Assembly (NCBI GenBank): GCA_016281255.1
Contig: JAEEIG010000055.1
Span: 1 to 59,921, forward strand
Source of the DNA: Bacteroidales bacterium
GTDB lineage: Bacteria > Bacteroidota > Bacteroidia > Bacteroidales > WCHB1-69
Length of the DNA stretch: 59,921 nucleotides
Reading direction: 5' to 3'
Below are positions 24,801 to 33,900 of the stretch, in pieces; the stretch's first letter is position 1; every line of letters starts with the position of its first letter. The notes beneath the pieces were generated by a model, which was given only the letters and a program-made list of their open reading frames with translations, did not search any database and was not told the DNA's origin. Made by a program: the position numbers and the translations under genes.

Positions 24801-26118
24801 TGTCAACAACATCGGCTCGCTGCACCTGCGCGTGCGCTCCATGGTGGAGAGCCTCAAGTTCAGCCGTCAGCAGAAGGTGGACAAGCCGTTCGTCACCACT
24901 CCGGTTTTCACGGAAGCCGACCGCCGCAGGACGATACTCGCGCCCTATTTCGCCGGCGGTTACTCGGAATTTGTCCCGACAGCCTTCAAAATGGCCGGCT
25001 ACAACATGATCAACCTGCCGCTCGGCGACAAAGAGTGCGTGGAACTCGGTCTGCAGTACGCCAACAACGAGGTCTGCTACCCCGCCACCGTCGTGGTCGG
25101 CAGCCTGCTGAAGGCGTTGCAAAGCGGGAAATACCCCCTGGACGACACAGCAGTCATCATCACCCAAACGGGCGGACAGTGTCGCGCCACCAACTACATC
25201 ATGCTGATCAAGAAGGCACTGGTGGCGGCCGGCTTCGAAAACGTGCCGGTGTTGTCTTTGGCCTTCGGCAGCACATTGGCAAACGAACAGCCCGGATTCC
25301 ACTTCAACGCCAAGGAGATGGCGTTGCCGGCCGTGTGCGGTATGCTCTACGCCGACTGCCTGTCGCGTATCTACTACGCTTCCCGCCCGCGCGAAAAGGA
25401 GCCCGGAGTGGCCAAAGCGTTACACCAGCAATACATCGACAAGGCACTGCCGCTCATCGAAAACCGCGACTATCGCGGACTCAAACGCATGATCAAGGAG
25501 GCCGCCGCCGCGTTCACCGAAAACATCGACACCTCGAAAAAACTCCCGCGCGTGGGTGTGGTGGGCGAAATCTACATCAAATACAACGCCTTCGGACACC
25601 TGAACGTCCTCGACTGGCTCGCCGACCAGGGCGTGGAGGTCGTCGCTCCCTCCATCTACAACTTCTTCGCCAACAACTTCGTGAACCGGCACATCAACAA
25701 GGAAAACCACCTCAAACCCGTCGATTTACCGCTCTTCGTGACGGACGTGATCTACAAAATCCTCTTCCGTTACGCCAAGACCTACGACGAGGCCTGCAAG
25801 GACTTCCCGTTCTACCGTCCGTTCGCCGATATGTTCCACGAGGCGAAATTAGCCTCCCGCGTCATCAGCATGGCGGCCAACTTCGGCGAAGGTTGGCTCA
25901 TCCCCGCCGAGATGTCCTCCCTGGCGGAAGAGGGCATCCAGAACATCATCAGCCTCCAACCGTTCGCCTGCATCTCCAACCACATCATCGCCAAAGGCAT
26001 CGAAAAGAAAATGCGCAAACTCTATCCCAAACTGAACATCCTCTTCCTCGACTTCGATGCCGGCACCTCCGAAGCCAACGTCTTCAACCGCCTGCACTTC
26101 CTCATCGAAAACTCCTAA
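21862..26118 (+). CDS. acyl-CoA dehydratase activase-related fusion protein (2x BcrAD/BadFG ATPase plus C-terminal DUF2229/HgdB-like region), 1418 aa
   Basis: Two ATPase starts (IGIDIGSTTVKVVVL and IGVDSGSTTTKLVVL). CSSGCGSFIE and CPGCPNHC Cys motifs. The long C-terminal region is typical of this family. ATG 21862 (MNNNILKIG) is preferred over the ORF-track start at 21616. Confidence 0.9.
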   Translation: MNNNILKIGIDIGSTTVKVVVLNEENTILHADYRRHNMNVRETVLTMLGGDASSVALFSDAGSGGSCRVAITGSVGMGYAELWGFPFVQEVISAATLVKESFPQTRTFIDIGGEDSKMIFFDEGRMPDIRMNGNCAGGTGAFIDQTASLLNVETSELNTLAEQAQRVYPIASRCGVFSKTDIQNLLARNVSKADVALSVFHAVCLQVLGTLSRGVDVQAPVFFCGGPFAFLPKLREVFLGNLHLTEGDCIAVPDARVVPAHGAALMAATACSEPIPLPHFLETIRNQAIGDEARLLANRLAPLFSDRQHFEKWKAEKQNFFVDRVEWDNLKSNEVFIGVDSGSTTTKLVVLDAEGRLLFSDYSSNNGNSFEAFHNALKRFAQACKEHDFEPNILNSAVTGYGENLLKTAFGLHHGVVETMAHYLGARRVSPEVSFILDIGGQDMKAIFVENQAIRRLEINEACSSGCGSFIETFARMMGYTVSDFASIACEAKHPYDLGTRCTVFMNSKVKQAMREGTSPEDISAGFAYSVIKNCLFKVLKLRKTEELGDHLVVQGGTFKNLAVVRALELLTGKDVRFADIPELMGAYGCALFAREQAVTKVLTLEDLLSIRQFENKQQICPGCPNHCTVLEYHFSNGQIFYSGNNCEKIYTNHTEVREKGFNQHHRRLKMLFRRPMLNDAGGKPVIGIPRALGMFELYPFWHALFRACGIRTVMSGPSTVKQYEKGVHTVMSENICFPAKLMHGHIYDLARQKVDRIFYPFIVMEAPADSQARNSYNCPIVAGYSEVVRNAIDTEERFGIPTDAPIISMNNEKFLREGCRKYLKTLGIDKKTADMAIQKAIVAQQEYLEELHTEALEIVEKARKENRMVVVLAGRPYHSDPLIQHKISDCIADMGIDVVTEFIAGDEDVSVYRELMAVTQWTYPNRIFKAAHYVANSPDNVHFMMVTSFGCGPDAFIIDETHDILDRKGKSFTLLKVDDVNNIGSLHLRVRSMVESLKFSRQQKVDKPFVTTPVFTEADRRRTILAPYFAGGYSEFVPTAFKMAGYNMINLPLGDKECVELGLQYANNEVCYPATVVVGSLLKALQSGKYPLDDTAVIITQTGGQCRATNYIMLIKKALVAAGFENVPVLSLAFGSTLANEQPGFHFNAKEMALPAVCGMLYADCLSRIYYASRPREKEPGVAKALHQQYIDKALPLIENRDYRGLKRMIKEAAAAFTENIDTSKKLPRVGVVGEIYIKYNAFGHLNVLDWLADQGVEVVAPSIYNFFANNFVNRHINKENHLKPVDLPLFVTDVIYKILFRYAKTYDEACKDFPFYRPFADMFHEAKLASRVISMAANFGEGWLIPAEMSSLAEEGIQNIISLQPFACISNHIIAKGIEKKMRKLYPKLNILFLDFDAGTSEANVFNRLHFLIENS

Positions 26119-26137
26119 GCGTGTAAGCGTGTAAGCC
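26119..26137. repeat. octamer repeat (GCGTGTAA) x2.4 immediately after the stop codon
   Basis: gcgtgtaa gcgtgtaa gcc begins on the base after TAA 26116..26118. Confidence 0.8.
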
Positions 26138-26176
26138 AAAAAAAAACGGGTACCGACCTCATGCCGATACCCGTTT
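26138..26176. terminator. bidirectional terminator between convergent genes
   Basis: A9 run, then stem AAACGGGTA ... TACCCGTTT. It is strong on the minus strand (T9 follows the stem) and weaker on the plus strand. Confidence 0.75.
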
Positions 26177-26180
26177 AATC

Positions 26181-26204
26181 ATCCATTATCCTTTATCCAC
26201 TATC
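26181..26204. repeat. heptamer repeat (ATCCNNT) x3.5 overlapping the stop of the 950-aa gene
   Basis: Units read: atccatt atccttt atccact atc. The stop codon at 26200..26202 lies inside it. Confidence 0.7.
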
Positions 26205-29052
26205 GAACGATCGTGATGGAACCGTTGAACGTGATGTCCTTCGCCTTTCCTTTATACTGGAAAGAGTAGTAATACACACCATCGGCAAGACCGGCGCCGT
26301 CGAAATATTGGGAACCCGGATAGATTGTGCCGTCCTTGGCGTAGGTGTCGTAGTTCTTGGCGTCATACACCTTCTTGCCCCAGCGGTCGAAAATCTGCAG
26401 GCGGTTGTTGCGATAGCCGTCGGGATCCTCGGGATTCACGTTGGTGTTCAGGTTCTCGATAGCCCACACGTCGTTGATACCGTCGCCGTTCGGCGTGATC
26501 ACGTTCGGGAAGACCAGATCCTGCTCGATGACCACCAAGTGGGTGATTTCGCTGCTACAACCCGAATTGCTCTCCACATGCAGGGTCACGTTGTAGTCGC
26601 CCCATGAGGTGTAGATGTGCGGGTCGGAGAAGTTAGTGGAGTCGATGGTGCCGTCGCCGAAGTCCCAATAGAAACTGCCTTGGCCGCCGGTCACCATGGA
26701 TTGGTCGGCATAGTTGATGAAGTTCACCAGTCCTCCGTTCTCACTCAGCATGGAGATGGCAGGGTCGGCCTCGAACTCGGCAATAGGCTGCGGATTCACT
26801 ATGATAGCGTTATACATGGCAACGGAGTCTTGACATCCGTCGGGAGTCGTCACCTTCATGATGATGGAATAGGTGCCGGGTTCAGTGAACTGGAACACCG
26901 GAGAGGTCTGCAAGGAACTGTAAGCCACGCGTTGGCTGCCGTCAGGCATATATTCGACGATATACCACTCATATTGCCCGTCCGCCGGGGTGGAGTTGTT
27001 CTGCAACCGCACATTCAGCGGGACACAGCCTGTCAGGCCCGCGGTGTCAAATTGTAACACCGGCCGTTCGAAGATGTCGATATTGATGGTGTCGGAGCCC
27101 TCGCAAGCCAATCCCGTTTCGTCACTCGTGGTGATGATGTGCACGTAATACTGACCGGCGGTAAGCACCTCGATAGAGTCAGTGACGTCGCCCGTGTTCC
27201 AGTAATACTCGGTGGTTTGACCCGGTGCGCCGGCCTGTGCATAGTTGGCGGCCAGCATGGTGATGTCACCGTAACAGATGTTGTAGTCCGGGCCGAGGTT
27301 GGGTTCCGGATGACCCACCACTTCCATGTGGTTCACGGTATCATAGATACATCCCAGCTCATCCAGCACGTAGATGTTGTATTCCAGCTCACCGGCTTGG
27401 TCGGGAACCACGGTGGGGCCGTTAGCGCCAGGACCGACCACCCATGCGCTGTCCAATAACACATTGTATGACCAGTCTTGCGGAAGCAATGCCGGATCAA
27501 GGGCGATTTCCCACTCCGTCATCCATCCATTATCGATGGAATAACCGTCCATCACCTCAATACTCCAAGTACCATTCATCGGACAGCCAATCAAGTTGGC
27601 AAAAGATCCATCAGGGTGATACACATTGGTCATATTCGCAACATTAGTGGAGTCTATCGGTTGACCGCTGGTGGAATTGGAATAAACATAGTAATTGTTG
27701 GAATAGACATAGTTTTGGTTTGTCGCATTGGACCAGCAATAGTTCCAAGGAATACCCATTGCATTTTGAGACTCGTTAGGATTACATTTATCAGAGGCGC
27801 CATAGTCGTATGCCTGTCCGAAATATGCACCTCCCGAACCTGATCCATTCCATCCCCACTCTGAAGCAGGAATATTACCTGAACATGAGGAAGAACCGCC
27901 AGACATCTTCTTCAAAATGGACACATACTGCTGGTTCGGGCAAATCAATCTGATCCAAATATCACCGATAAATGAGTGTTCGATTTTGACTCTGACAAAC
28001 AAAATATCATTGGCTGACTGGATGGTAGCGGATGGGGAGAAACTGGTGAAGGTTACAGGAGAAATATAGGAACAACTGGGGGGATTACCGCAAGGTTGTC
28101 CGTCTGGCAAGAAGATGGTGTCGGTAACTGACAATGCAGTGGCCTGTTCGCTACCCACGGAGTCAACCTGCAGGGCGGAGAGGAAGTCGTAACCCACGGT
28201 CAATTCCACCTCGGTACCGGCACAGACAGCGGGGAAGTCCAGCACGTCACGAATCGGGTTGGAGGAAGTTCTCACACGGAAAGTGTACGGAATATAAGCC
28301 TCGCAACCAGCACTGTCAACAATACCGATAGCCACGTCGTAACCGCGTCCTTGCGGGAAGAGGTAATCGATGGCGTTGCCGCCCAGGGTGTCAAAAGTCT
28401 CCCAACTCATATCCCAATGGAAAGTACATTGGGCATCATCCTGATGGTAACTGTAGTCGTTGTCGGGGAATTCACCGTGCACCACCATGTGGATGGTGTC
28501 ATAGGGACACACGTCGAGGTAGAGGTAACCGTCATCCTCGAGATGAGGGACCTTGTTGGAGGCCTGATCGTCAAACAAGACGTTGATGCGCTGGCAAGGA
28601 CGCACACAGTCGGTGGTGATGGCGAAACCGGCACCTTCGTCCTGACCGTCAGTCTTGAAACGGATGGTCAGACAGCCTGAAGCGTTATAGACCGTGGCGG
28701 CATACGACAGCGTCGGTGACGTAATAGAGTCGGTGATGCAATTTGTCAAAGCGACCAACAACGGGTCGTTGACGGACTGTCCATCGTAAATGAAGAGCGT
28801 GTCCGAGCAATCCACGTCAAAAGATGCCAGATTCAGGTTCACCCGAACCGAGTGGTTGTTGGGATCGTTGGAGCAGATGGTGACGTAATTGTCCATGTTG
28901 GGACTATAGTCTCCGGTCAGTCCGCCATTGTCATACACAGACACGGAGCAGCCCGTCACGGAGGTTTGTGTGCTCACGCCCAAGGTGATGACCTGGGCGT
29001 TCAAGGCAAACACTCCACATATCAAAGCAAAGAGAGCGATTATCTTTTTCAT
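26200..29052 (-). CDS. secreted multidomain protein: CUB-like, proprotein-convertase P-domain, PKD repeats, T9SS type B (CHU_C / gliding-motility) C-terminal domain
   Basis: Signal peptide MKKIIALFALICGVFALNAQ. CUB-like SVYDNGGLTGDYSPNMDNYVTI...DTLFIYDG. P-domain FVRVKIEHSFIGDIWIRLICPN...GTWSIEVMD. PKD FYWDFGDGT...GDYNVTLHV. C-terminus FPNVITPNGDGINDVWAI...LQIFDRWGKKVY... Confidence 0.9.
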   Translation of the reverse strand: MKKIIALFALICGVFALNAQVITLGVSTQTSVTGCSVSVYDNGGLTGDYSPNMDNYVTICSNDPNNHSVRVNLNLASFDVDCSDTLFIYDGQSVNDPLLVALTNCITDSITSPTLSYAATVYNASGCLTIRFKTDGQDEGAGFAITTDCVRPCQRINVLFDDQASNKVPHLEDDGYLYLDVCPYDTIHMVVHGEFPDNDYSYHQDDAQCTFHWDMSWETFDTLGGNAIDYLFPQGRGYDVAIGIVDSAGCEAYIPYTFRVRTSSNPIRDVLDFPAVCAGTEVELTVGYDFLSALQVDSVGSEQATALSVTDTIFLPDGQPCGNPPSCSYISPVTFTSFSPSATIQSANDILFVRVKIEHSFIGDIWIRLICPNQQYVSILKKMSGGSSSCSGNIPASEWGWNGSGSGGAYFGQAYDYGASDKCNPNESQNAMGIPWNYCWSNATNQNYVYSNNYYVYSNSTSGQPIDSTNVANMTNVYHPDGSFANLIGCPMNGTWSIEVMDGYSIDNGWMTEWEIALDPALLPQDWSYNVLLDSAWVVGPGANGPTVVPDQAGELEYNIYVLDELGCIYDTVNHMEVVGHPEPNLGPDYNICYGDITMLAANYAQAGAPGQTTEYYWNTGDVTDSIEVLTAGQYYVHIITTSDETGLACEGSDTINIDIFERPVLQFDTAGLTGCVPLNVRLQNNSTPADGQYEWYIVEYMPDGSQRVAYSSLQTSPVFQFTEPGTYSIIMKVTTPDGCQDSVAMYNAIIVNPQPIAEFEADPAISMLSENGGLVNFINYADQSMVTGGQGSFYWDFGDGTIDSTNFSDPHIYTSWGDYNVTLHVESNSGCSSEITHLVVIEQDLVFPNVITPNGDGINDVWAIENLNTNVNPEDPDGYRNNRLQIFDRWGKKVYDAKNYDTYAKDGTIYPGSQYFDGAGLADGVYYYSFQYKGKAKDITFNGSITIVR

Positions 29053-29067
29053 TTTTCCGAATTTTTC

Positions 29068-29520
29068 TTAAAAACCATATTGTTGTAAATGTGCATTCAG
29101 ACGCTCGTCCCAGGTCACCTTCGGCATCACGATCACGTAATAGCCGCTGCGGCGCAATTTATAGACGTTATAGCGATACATATCCTGAGGCAGGTTCCAT
29201 TTGTAGGGATTCACATAACCCTTTTGGATGATATCCTCTTCCAAATAGGTTGTGCCTTCAGGAAGATACTGTTCCAACATGCCCATTTGCTGGAGATTGC
29301 CGTCCCAGAGCTTGGTGGTGACAACCGCAAAGTTGAACATGGTATAGTTCACACGGAGCAATTCCGCGGGGTTGTTCGCACGCAGGTCTGCCACCTTGGC
29401 GGCCGTGATCTCCTCTGCCAACTGAGGAGTCACATAGTACTCGCTCAAAAGCATTTGCCGCTGTGCGAAACCGATGAGCATCAAACCCATCATCATCGTG
29501 GTTAAAATCGTTTTTTTCAT
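29068..29520 (-). CDS. small secreted hypothetical protein (150 aa), 15 nt upstream of the 950-aa gene
   Basis: MKKTILTTMMMGLMLIGFAQ signal peptide. I recognise no family. ATG 29520 is preferred over the GTG at 29526. Confidence 0.75.
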   Translation of the reverse strand: MKKTILTTMMMGLMLIGFAQRQMLLSEYYVTPQLAEEITAAKVADLRANNPAELLRVNYTMFNFAVVTTKLWDGNLQQMGMLEQYLPEGTTYLEEDIIQKGYVNPYKWNLPQDMYRYNVYKLRRSGYYVIVMPKVTWDERLNAHLQQYGF

Positions 29521-29666
29521 AATCACTATTTTATCATTATTATCTTCAAAATTCTCTTCCTTCTATTATATTAGTCGCGTCAACCGCCCATTTTATCACG
29601 TCTGAAAGTAACTTTTTTTCAGATAAATCGCATTTAGCTATAAACCAACTAATTACAACCGATTTT

Positions 29667-30851
29667 TCAGTATAGCAAATACATTTCGCGAACCTTCTTG
29701 AAGCGATCCAGCTCTTTCTGCCATGAATCGCGGATCTTCTCTTCCGGCCATCCCTCTTCGATCTGCTTGCGCAACTGGTCGTTACCCGCCAGCTTGTCGA
29801 AGAAATTGTTGGTCAAGAAGAATTGTCCCTTGTCGGCATAATTCCGATAGGCGGTCAAGAGATACGACAGGTTGAATTGTCCCTCCTCGCGCTCCAGACC
29901 TTGCTCCGCCTCTTCGTGCAGCAGGAATCCGCGGCACTCTTTGTCTTTATGCGGCGGATTCTCCGACACGCCGGGGATGGCGTGCGGGGTGAAAGTGTAG
30001 TCACCGGCCTTCAACAACGGGGCTCCGTACATCTCGAAGGGCTGCTTCGTGCCGCGCCCCACACTGATGTTCGTCCCCTCAAACAGGCACAACGAAGGGT
30101 ACAGGTATATCGACTCCCGGGTCTGCAAATTGGGGGACGGGGGCATGGGCAGCTCATAGCGGGCTTGACGGTCATACCCTGAGATCTTCACCACGGTCAG
30201 GTCGCACTGCACACCGTTGGCCAGCCATTTCTCGCCGTTGATCATCCGGGCATACTCCCCTATCGTCATGCCATACACCACCGGCACGGGATGCATCCCC
30301 ACAAACGACTGGTACTTGGGGTCCAACACAGGCCCGTCCACATAAAATCCATTGGGATTGGGGTTGTCGAGCACAATGACTTTGACGTGACTTTCGGCGG
30401 CGGCCTCCATCACATAGTGCAACGTGGAGATGTAGGTATAGAAACGGCAGCCCACATCCTGCAGATCGAAGAGAATCACCTCCACATCCTGCAATTGCCC
30501 GGCCGTCGGCTTCTTGTTCTTGCCGTAAAGCGAGACCACCGGCAGACCGGTCTGGGCATCTTTTCCCGAAGCGACCGTCGCACCCGCCTCCGCCTGTCCG
30601 CGGAAGCCGTGCTCAGGACAGAAGAGCTTCACCACGTTGACACGGAGGGAGAGCAGACTATCCACCAGATGTTTTTTCCCGACTATGGCTGTCTGGTTGC
30701 CGCAGAAGGCCACGCGCTTGCCGGCCAACAGAGGCAGGTACTCCTCCGTCTGAAAACGTCCGGGCGTCATCTTCATCGGCATCTTGGGGGGCTGCGCGCA
30801 CGCCGCCAACGCCAGCATCAGGCACAAAACAGTCAATATTTGTCGCTTCAT
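29667..30851 (-). CDS. DUF1343 family protein (YbbC/NamZ-like exo-beta-N-acetylmuramidase)
   Basis: Signal peptide plus ...GKRVAFCGNQTAIVG...LFCPEHGFRG...DLQDVGCRFYTYISTL...GMTIGEYA, typical of DUF1343. Confidence 0.85.
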   Translation of the reverse strand: MKRQILTVLCLMLALAACAQPPKMPMKMTPGRFQTEEYLPLLAGKRVAFCGNQTAIVGKKHLVDSLLSLRVNVVKLFCPEHGFRGQAEAGATVASGKDAQTGLPVVSLYGKNKKPTAGQLQDVEVILFDLQDVGCRFYTYISTLHYVMEAAAESHVKVIVLDNPNPNGFYVDGPVLDPKYQSFVGMHPVPVVYGMTIGEYARMINGEKWLANGVQCDLTVVKISGYDRQARYELPMPPSPNLQTRESIYLYPSLCLFEGTNISVGRGTKQPFEMYGAPLLKAGDYTFTPHAIPGVSENPPHKDKECRGFLLHEEAEQGLEREEGQFNLSYLLTAYRNYADKGQFFLTNNFFDKLAGNDQLRKQIEEGWPEEKIRDSWQKELDRFKKVREMYLLY

Positions 30852-30876
30852 TTGTATTCTGCTTGGACAAAAAGAA

Positions 30877-30898
30877 AGCTACCCCCGTAGGAGTAGCT
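30877..30898 (-). terminator. rho-independent terminator after the 3302-aa gene
   Basis: The minus strand reads AGCTAC-TCCTACGGGG-GTAGCT followed by TTCTTTTTG. Confidence 0.6.
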
Positions 30899-30917
30899 CC
30901 TTTCGTTAAGAAGAGGA

Positions 30918-33900
30918 TTATTTTTCAACAACCATCTTCTTGGTTAATGTAATATCCTTATAATGAATGGTATAGTAGTAAATACCCACAGCGAGGTCAG
31001 ACGTCTTCATCTCGAAGTAGTTGAGACCTTGCTCCGCCTCCTGGACATCGGTGTAGATCACCTGGCCAAGAGTCGTGGAGACCTCCAACGTCACCTTGCC
31101 AGCCTCAGGCAAAGAGTACGGGATACGCGTGGTCGTGATGGCCGGGTTAGGCTCGTTCTGACCCAGATAGACATTCGCCTCGTTCTCGTAATCCGGCAGA
31201 CCGACATTGGTGCAGGAGAGGTTACGTTTGGTATTATTGTAGATGTTCTTGTCGTTGGGAATGATCACGGTGGCCTTCACCTCCCAGTTGGTAGTCAAGT
31301 TGGTGACCACGAAGTCATTCACACTGGTGTAGATCATAGTGTCGCCGGGCAGCATGTGGTGAGCCACGAACTGCGTGTCGGTCATGATATCGTTACCTGT
31401 ACCGACATTGAACACCACGTAGAATTCCTGCACGGCGGAGTTACCGTTGTTGTAGAGTTCGATCACGGGATTGATCACGCTGTTCACCTGCAGACACTCG
31501 TCGGTGACGGATTTGTCCTCAGGATAGACGACGCGGTTCACCGCCATGTCGGGTTGACCGATGACAAGGTTGATATCGTCGATACTCGGATCGATCTTGT
31601 TGCGTTGGCCGGTGATCGTGAAACGAAGACGGGCCACCTCGTCAACAGAGTGCAGGACGATCAAGTGCGGGGTCCATACATCCGTGCTGCCGGTTTGGCC
31701 GCCGTCAGCCTTCGACAGGGTATCCACTGTCTGGAAATAAGCACCGGAACCCATCTCGACGCGCATCTCGAAATCCGCGTTGGCAGGACCTGCGAAATAC
31801 TTGTAGAAGTTGAGCTCAGCCGGATAGATATCGCTGTAGTGCATGTTGATACAACCGCTGGTGAGGGAGGTCCACTTGTTCTGGTTGCCGTTGCCGTTGA
31901 CACCGTTCACTGAAGCGTAACCGCCGAAGTCTTCCTGATAGGTACCTGCGTAGGTATGGTCATGGGCGGGACCGCCGCCGGTAGCGCTGTTCTGGGATGC
32001 ACCCACCGTCTCGTGCCAGAAATAGTTGGCGGCAGATTGTGTCACCTCCCAATCGCCGGGCAGCTGCGGGTTGGAAGGATCGGTGCCCTGCGGCAGGAAG
32101 GACTCCACGAACGGCAGTTGCGACACCGTGTTGCTGCTAACCACAGCGTTGCTGCTTCGGGTATTGTTGGTGAGATATTGGTCGCTGGCGTACGTCAGCT
32201 GGAAGGAGACATTGTAGTTGCCCACCGCACTCAGGTCGATGTTCGGGATAACGACCGTCATCTCTGCATTCGGAGCGATGGAGCCGCTTTCCACGGTCTT
32301 CGTGTAAGTACCCGGCACTGCGCCGGTCACGGTGGCCGTGACGGTCATCGGGTTGTCCATGCCCAACGTCTGGGTCTGTGTACCGTAGTTACGCACATTG
32401 ACGCGGATATTGGCGTTGGCGTCGGCACAGACATCACCCACAGGATGGAGGACGGAAGGAATACCCAAGTCGATCTCCATCGGAGAGTTCAAAAGCACGG
32501 AATAGTCCTCCGTTTCACCTTCGGCGTTATAGAACGAACAAGGTGTGAAGGAGTTTGTGGCGGCGCAAATCACACGCATACGGGTCATGCCCAGCGTGGC
32601 GTTCACCGGCACATTCACGTAAGTGGCAGTGGTGGCGTTGGTGTCGCCGGCCGGGATGGCGGCAGAGGCGAAAATGGCCTCCGTCTCCTGGAAGATACCA
32701 TCGCGGTTGTAGTCGATATATGCACGTTTATAGACCGTCTTGGTGGCAGTGCCCGTGAAGGCGTGCGTGATAGAGAGGAAATACTCCTGACCGAGAATCA
32801 GTTCCACAGGAGCAACCGACTGTGTATAGTCAGAATACATGCCGTTGCCTGGAGCCACAGGATGGTTGAGATACGGAGCGGCGGTGCCGTTGTTCAAGGC
32901 AGCGAAAGTCACATTGGAGATGTGCGCGCCATCAGCGGTGGACAACGGACGAGACGGACACGGATCCTCTTTGCTCAGGTAGATCGTCGTGGTATCGTTG
33001 TTGTGGTAACCGTCGGAGGTCAAACCGGTGTAGGCTCTGAACGGAGTATTGAAGTAAACCGATGTCAGGTCGGCATTGTTGGTGAAGGTCTTCGTGGCCG
33101 TCGCACCCGGTGCGAGGGAACCGGTGTAGTTTTCAGTGACAGGCGCGCCGTTGTCCAACTGGTAGGAAACCGGGAAGTTGGAGGCAGCCTGAGCACCGAA
33201 GTTCTCAATCGTCACCGTAACCGTCTCGTTGGCAGAATAGGAGTTGCTCTGCGTCACAGGAGCGGAAATCGCCACAACGCCCACATCGTGCTGCGGGACA
33301 GTGGTGTTGAGGGTGATGGTGGCCTTCGGGGACTCACAAGTGTAGTTCACCTTGAACTTCGTATTCACACGATAACCGGAGAGCGAGAAGCTGGTGGCCG
33401 CGGTCAGCGGGGTGTTCTGCGCCTTGGTCAGCACCTTCTTGGCATTGTTGGCCATCTGGGTGTTGGTGAACTTCGGAGCCGGGTTGATACCGTAGTTGGT
33501 CACGCAGCTGGCGTCACCGCAATTGTGTTCGGCATAGAGGTAAAGGCCGCCACCGGTGTAGTCGAAACCACCGTTCACCGCGAAACCGATCCAACCGGTA
33601 TGGTCCAGAACCATCTCGCCGTCGAACACCAACGTGGCGTTGGCCGTTTCATTCGCCCAGTTGATCTGCGTGGAGCCCGTGGCAATGGCCTGCGCGTCGT
33701 TCGTGTTGGCCAACCAGAACTTCATCGGGATGCCCACACCGTTGTTCTCTGCCGTGCAGACTTGGAGGTAGATGCTGTCGATACGACCCTCCGCATGGTT
33801 GAAATCATCGCTGTTGTAGAGAATCTTCGCGTAAGAGTGGCCATTGGTCAGCGTGAACGGCGCCGCATTGGACTGGCTGGTGTTGTTGCCCGTTCCGGCT

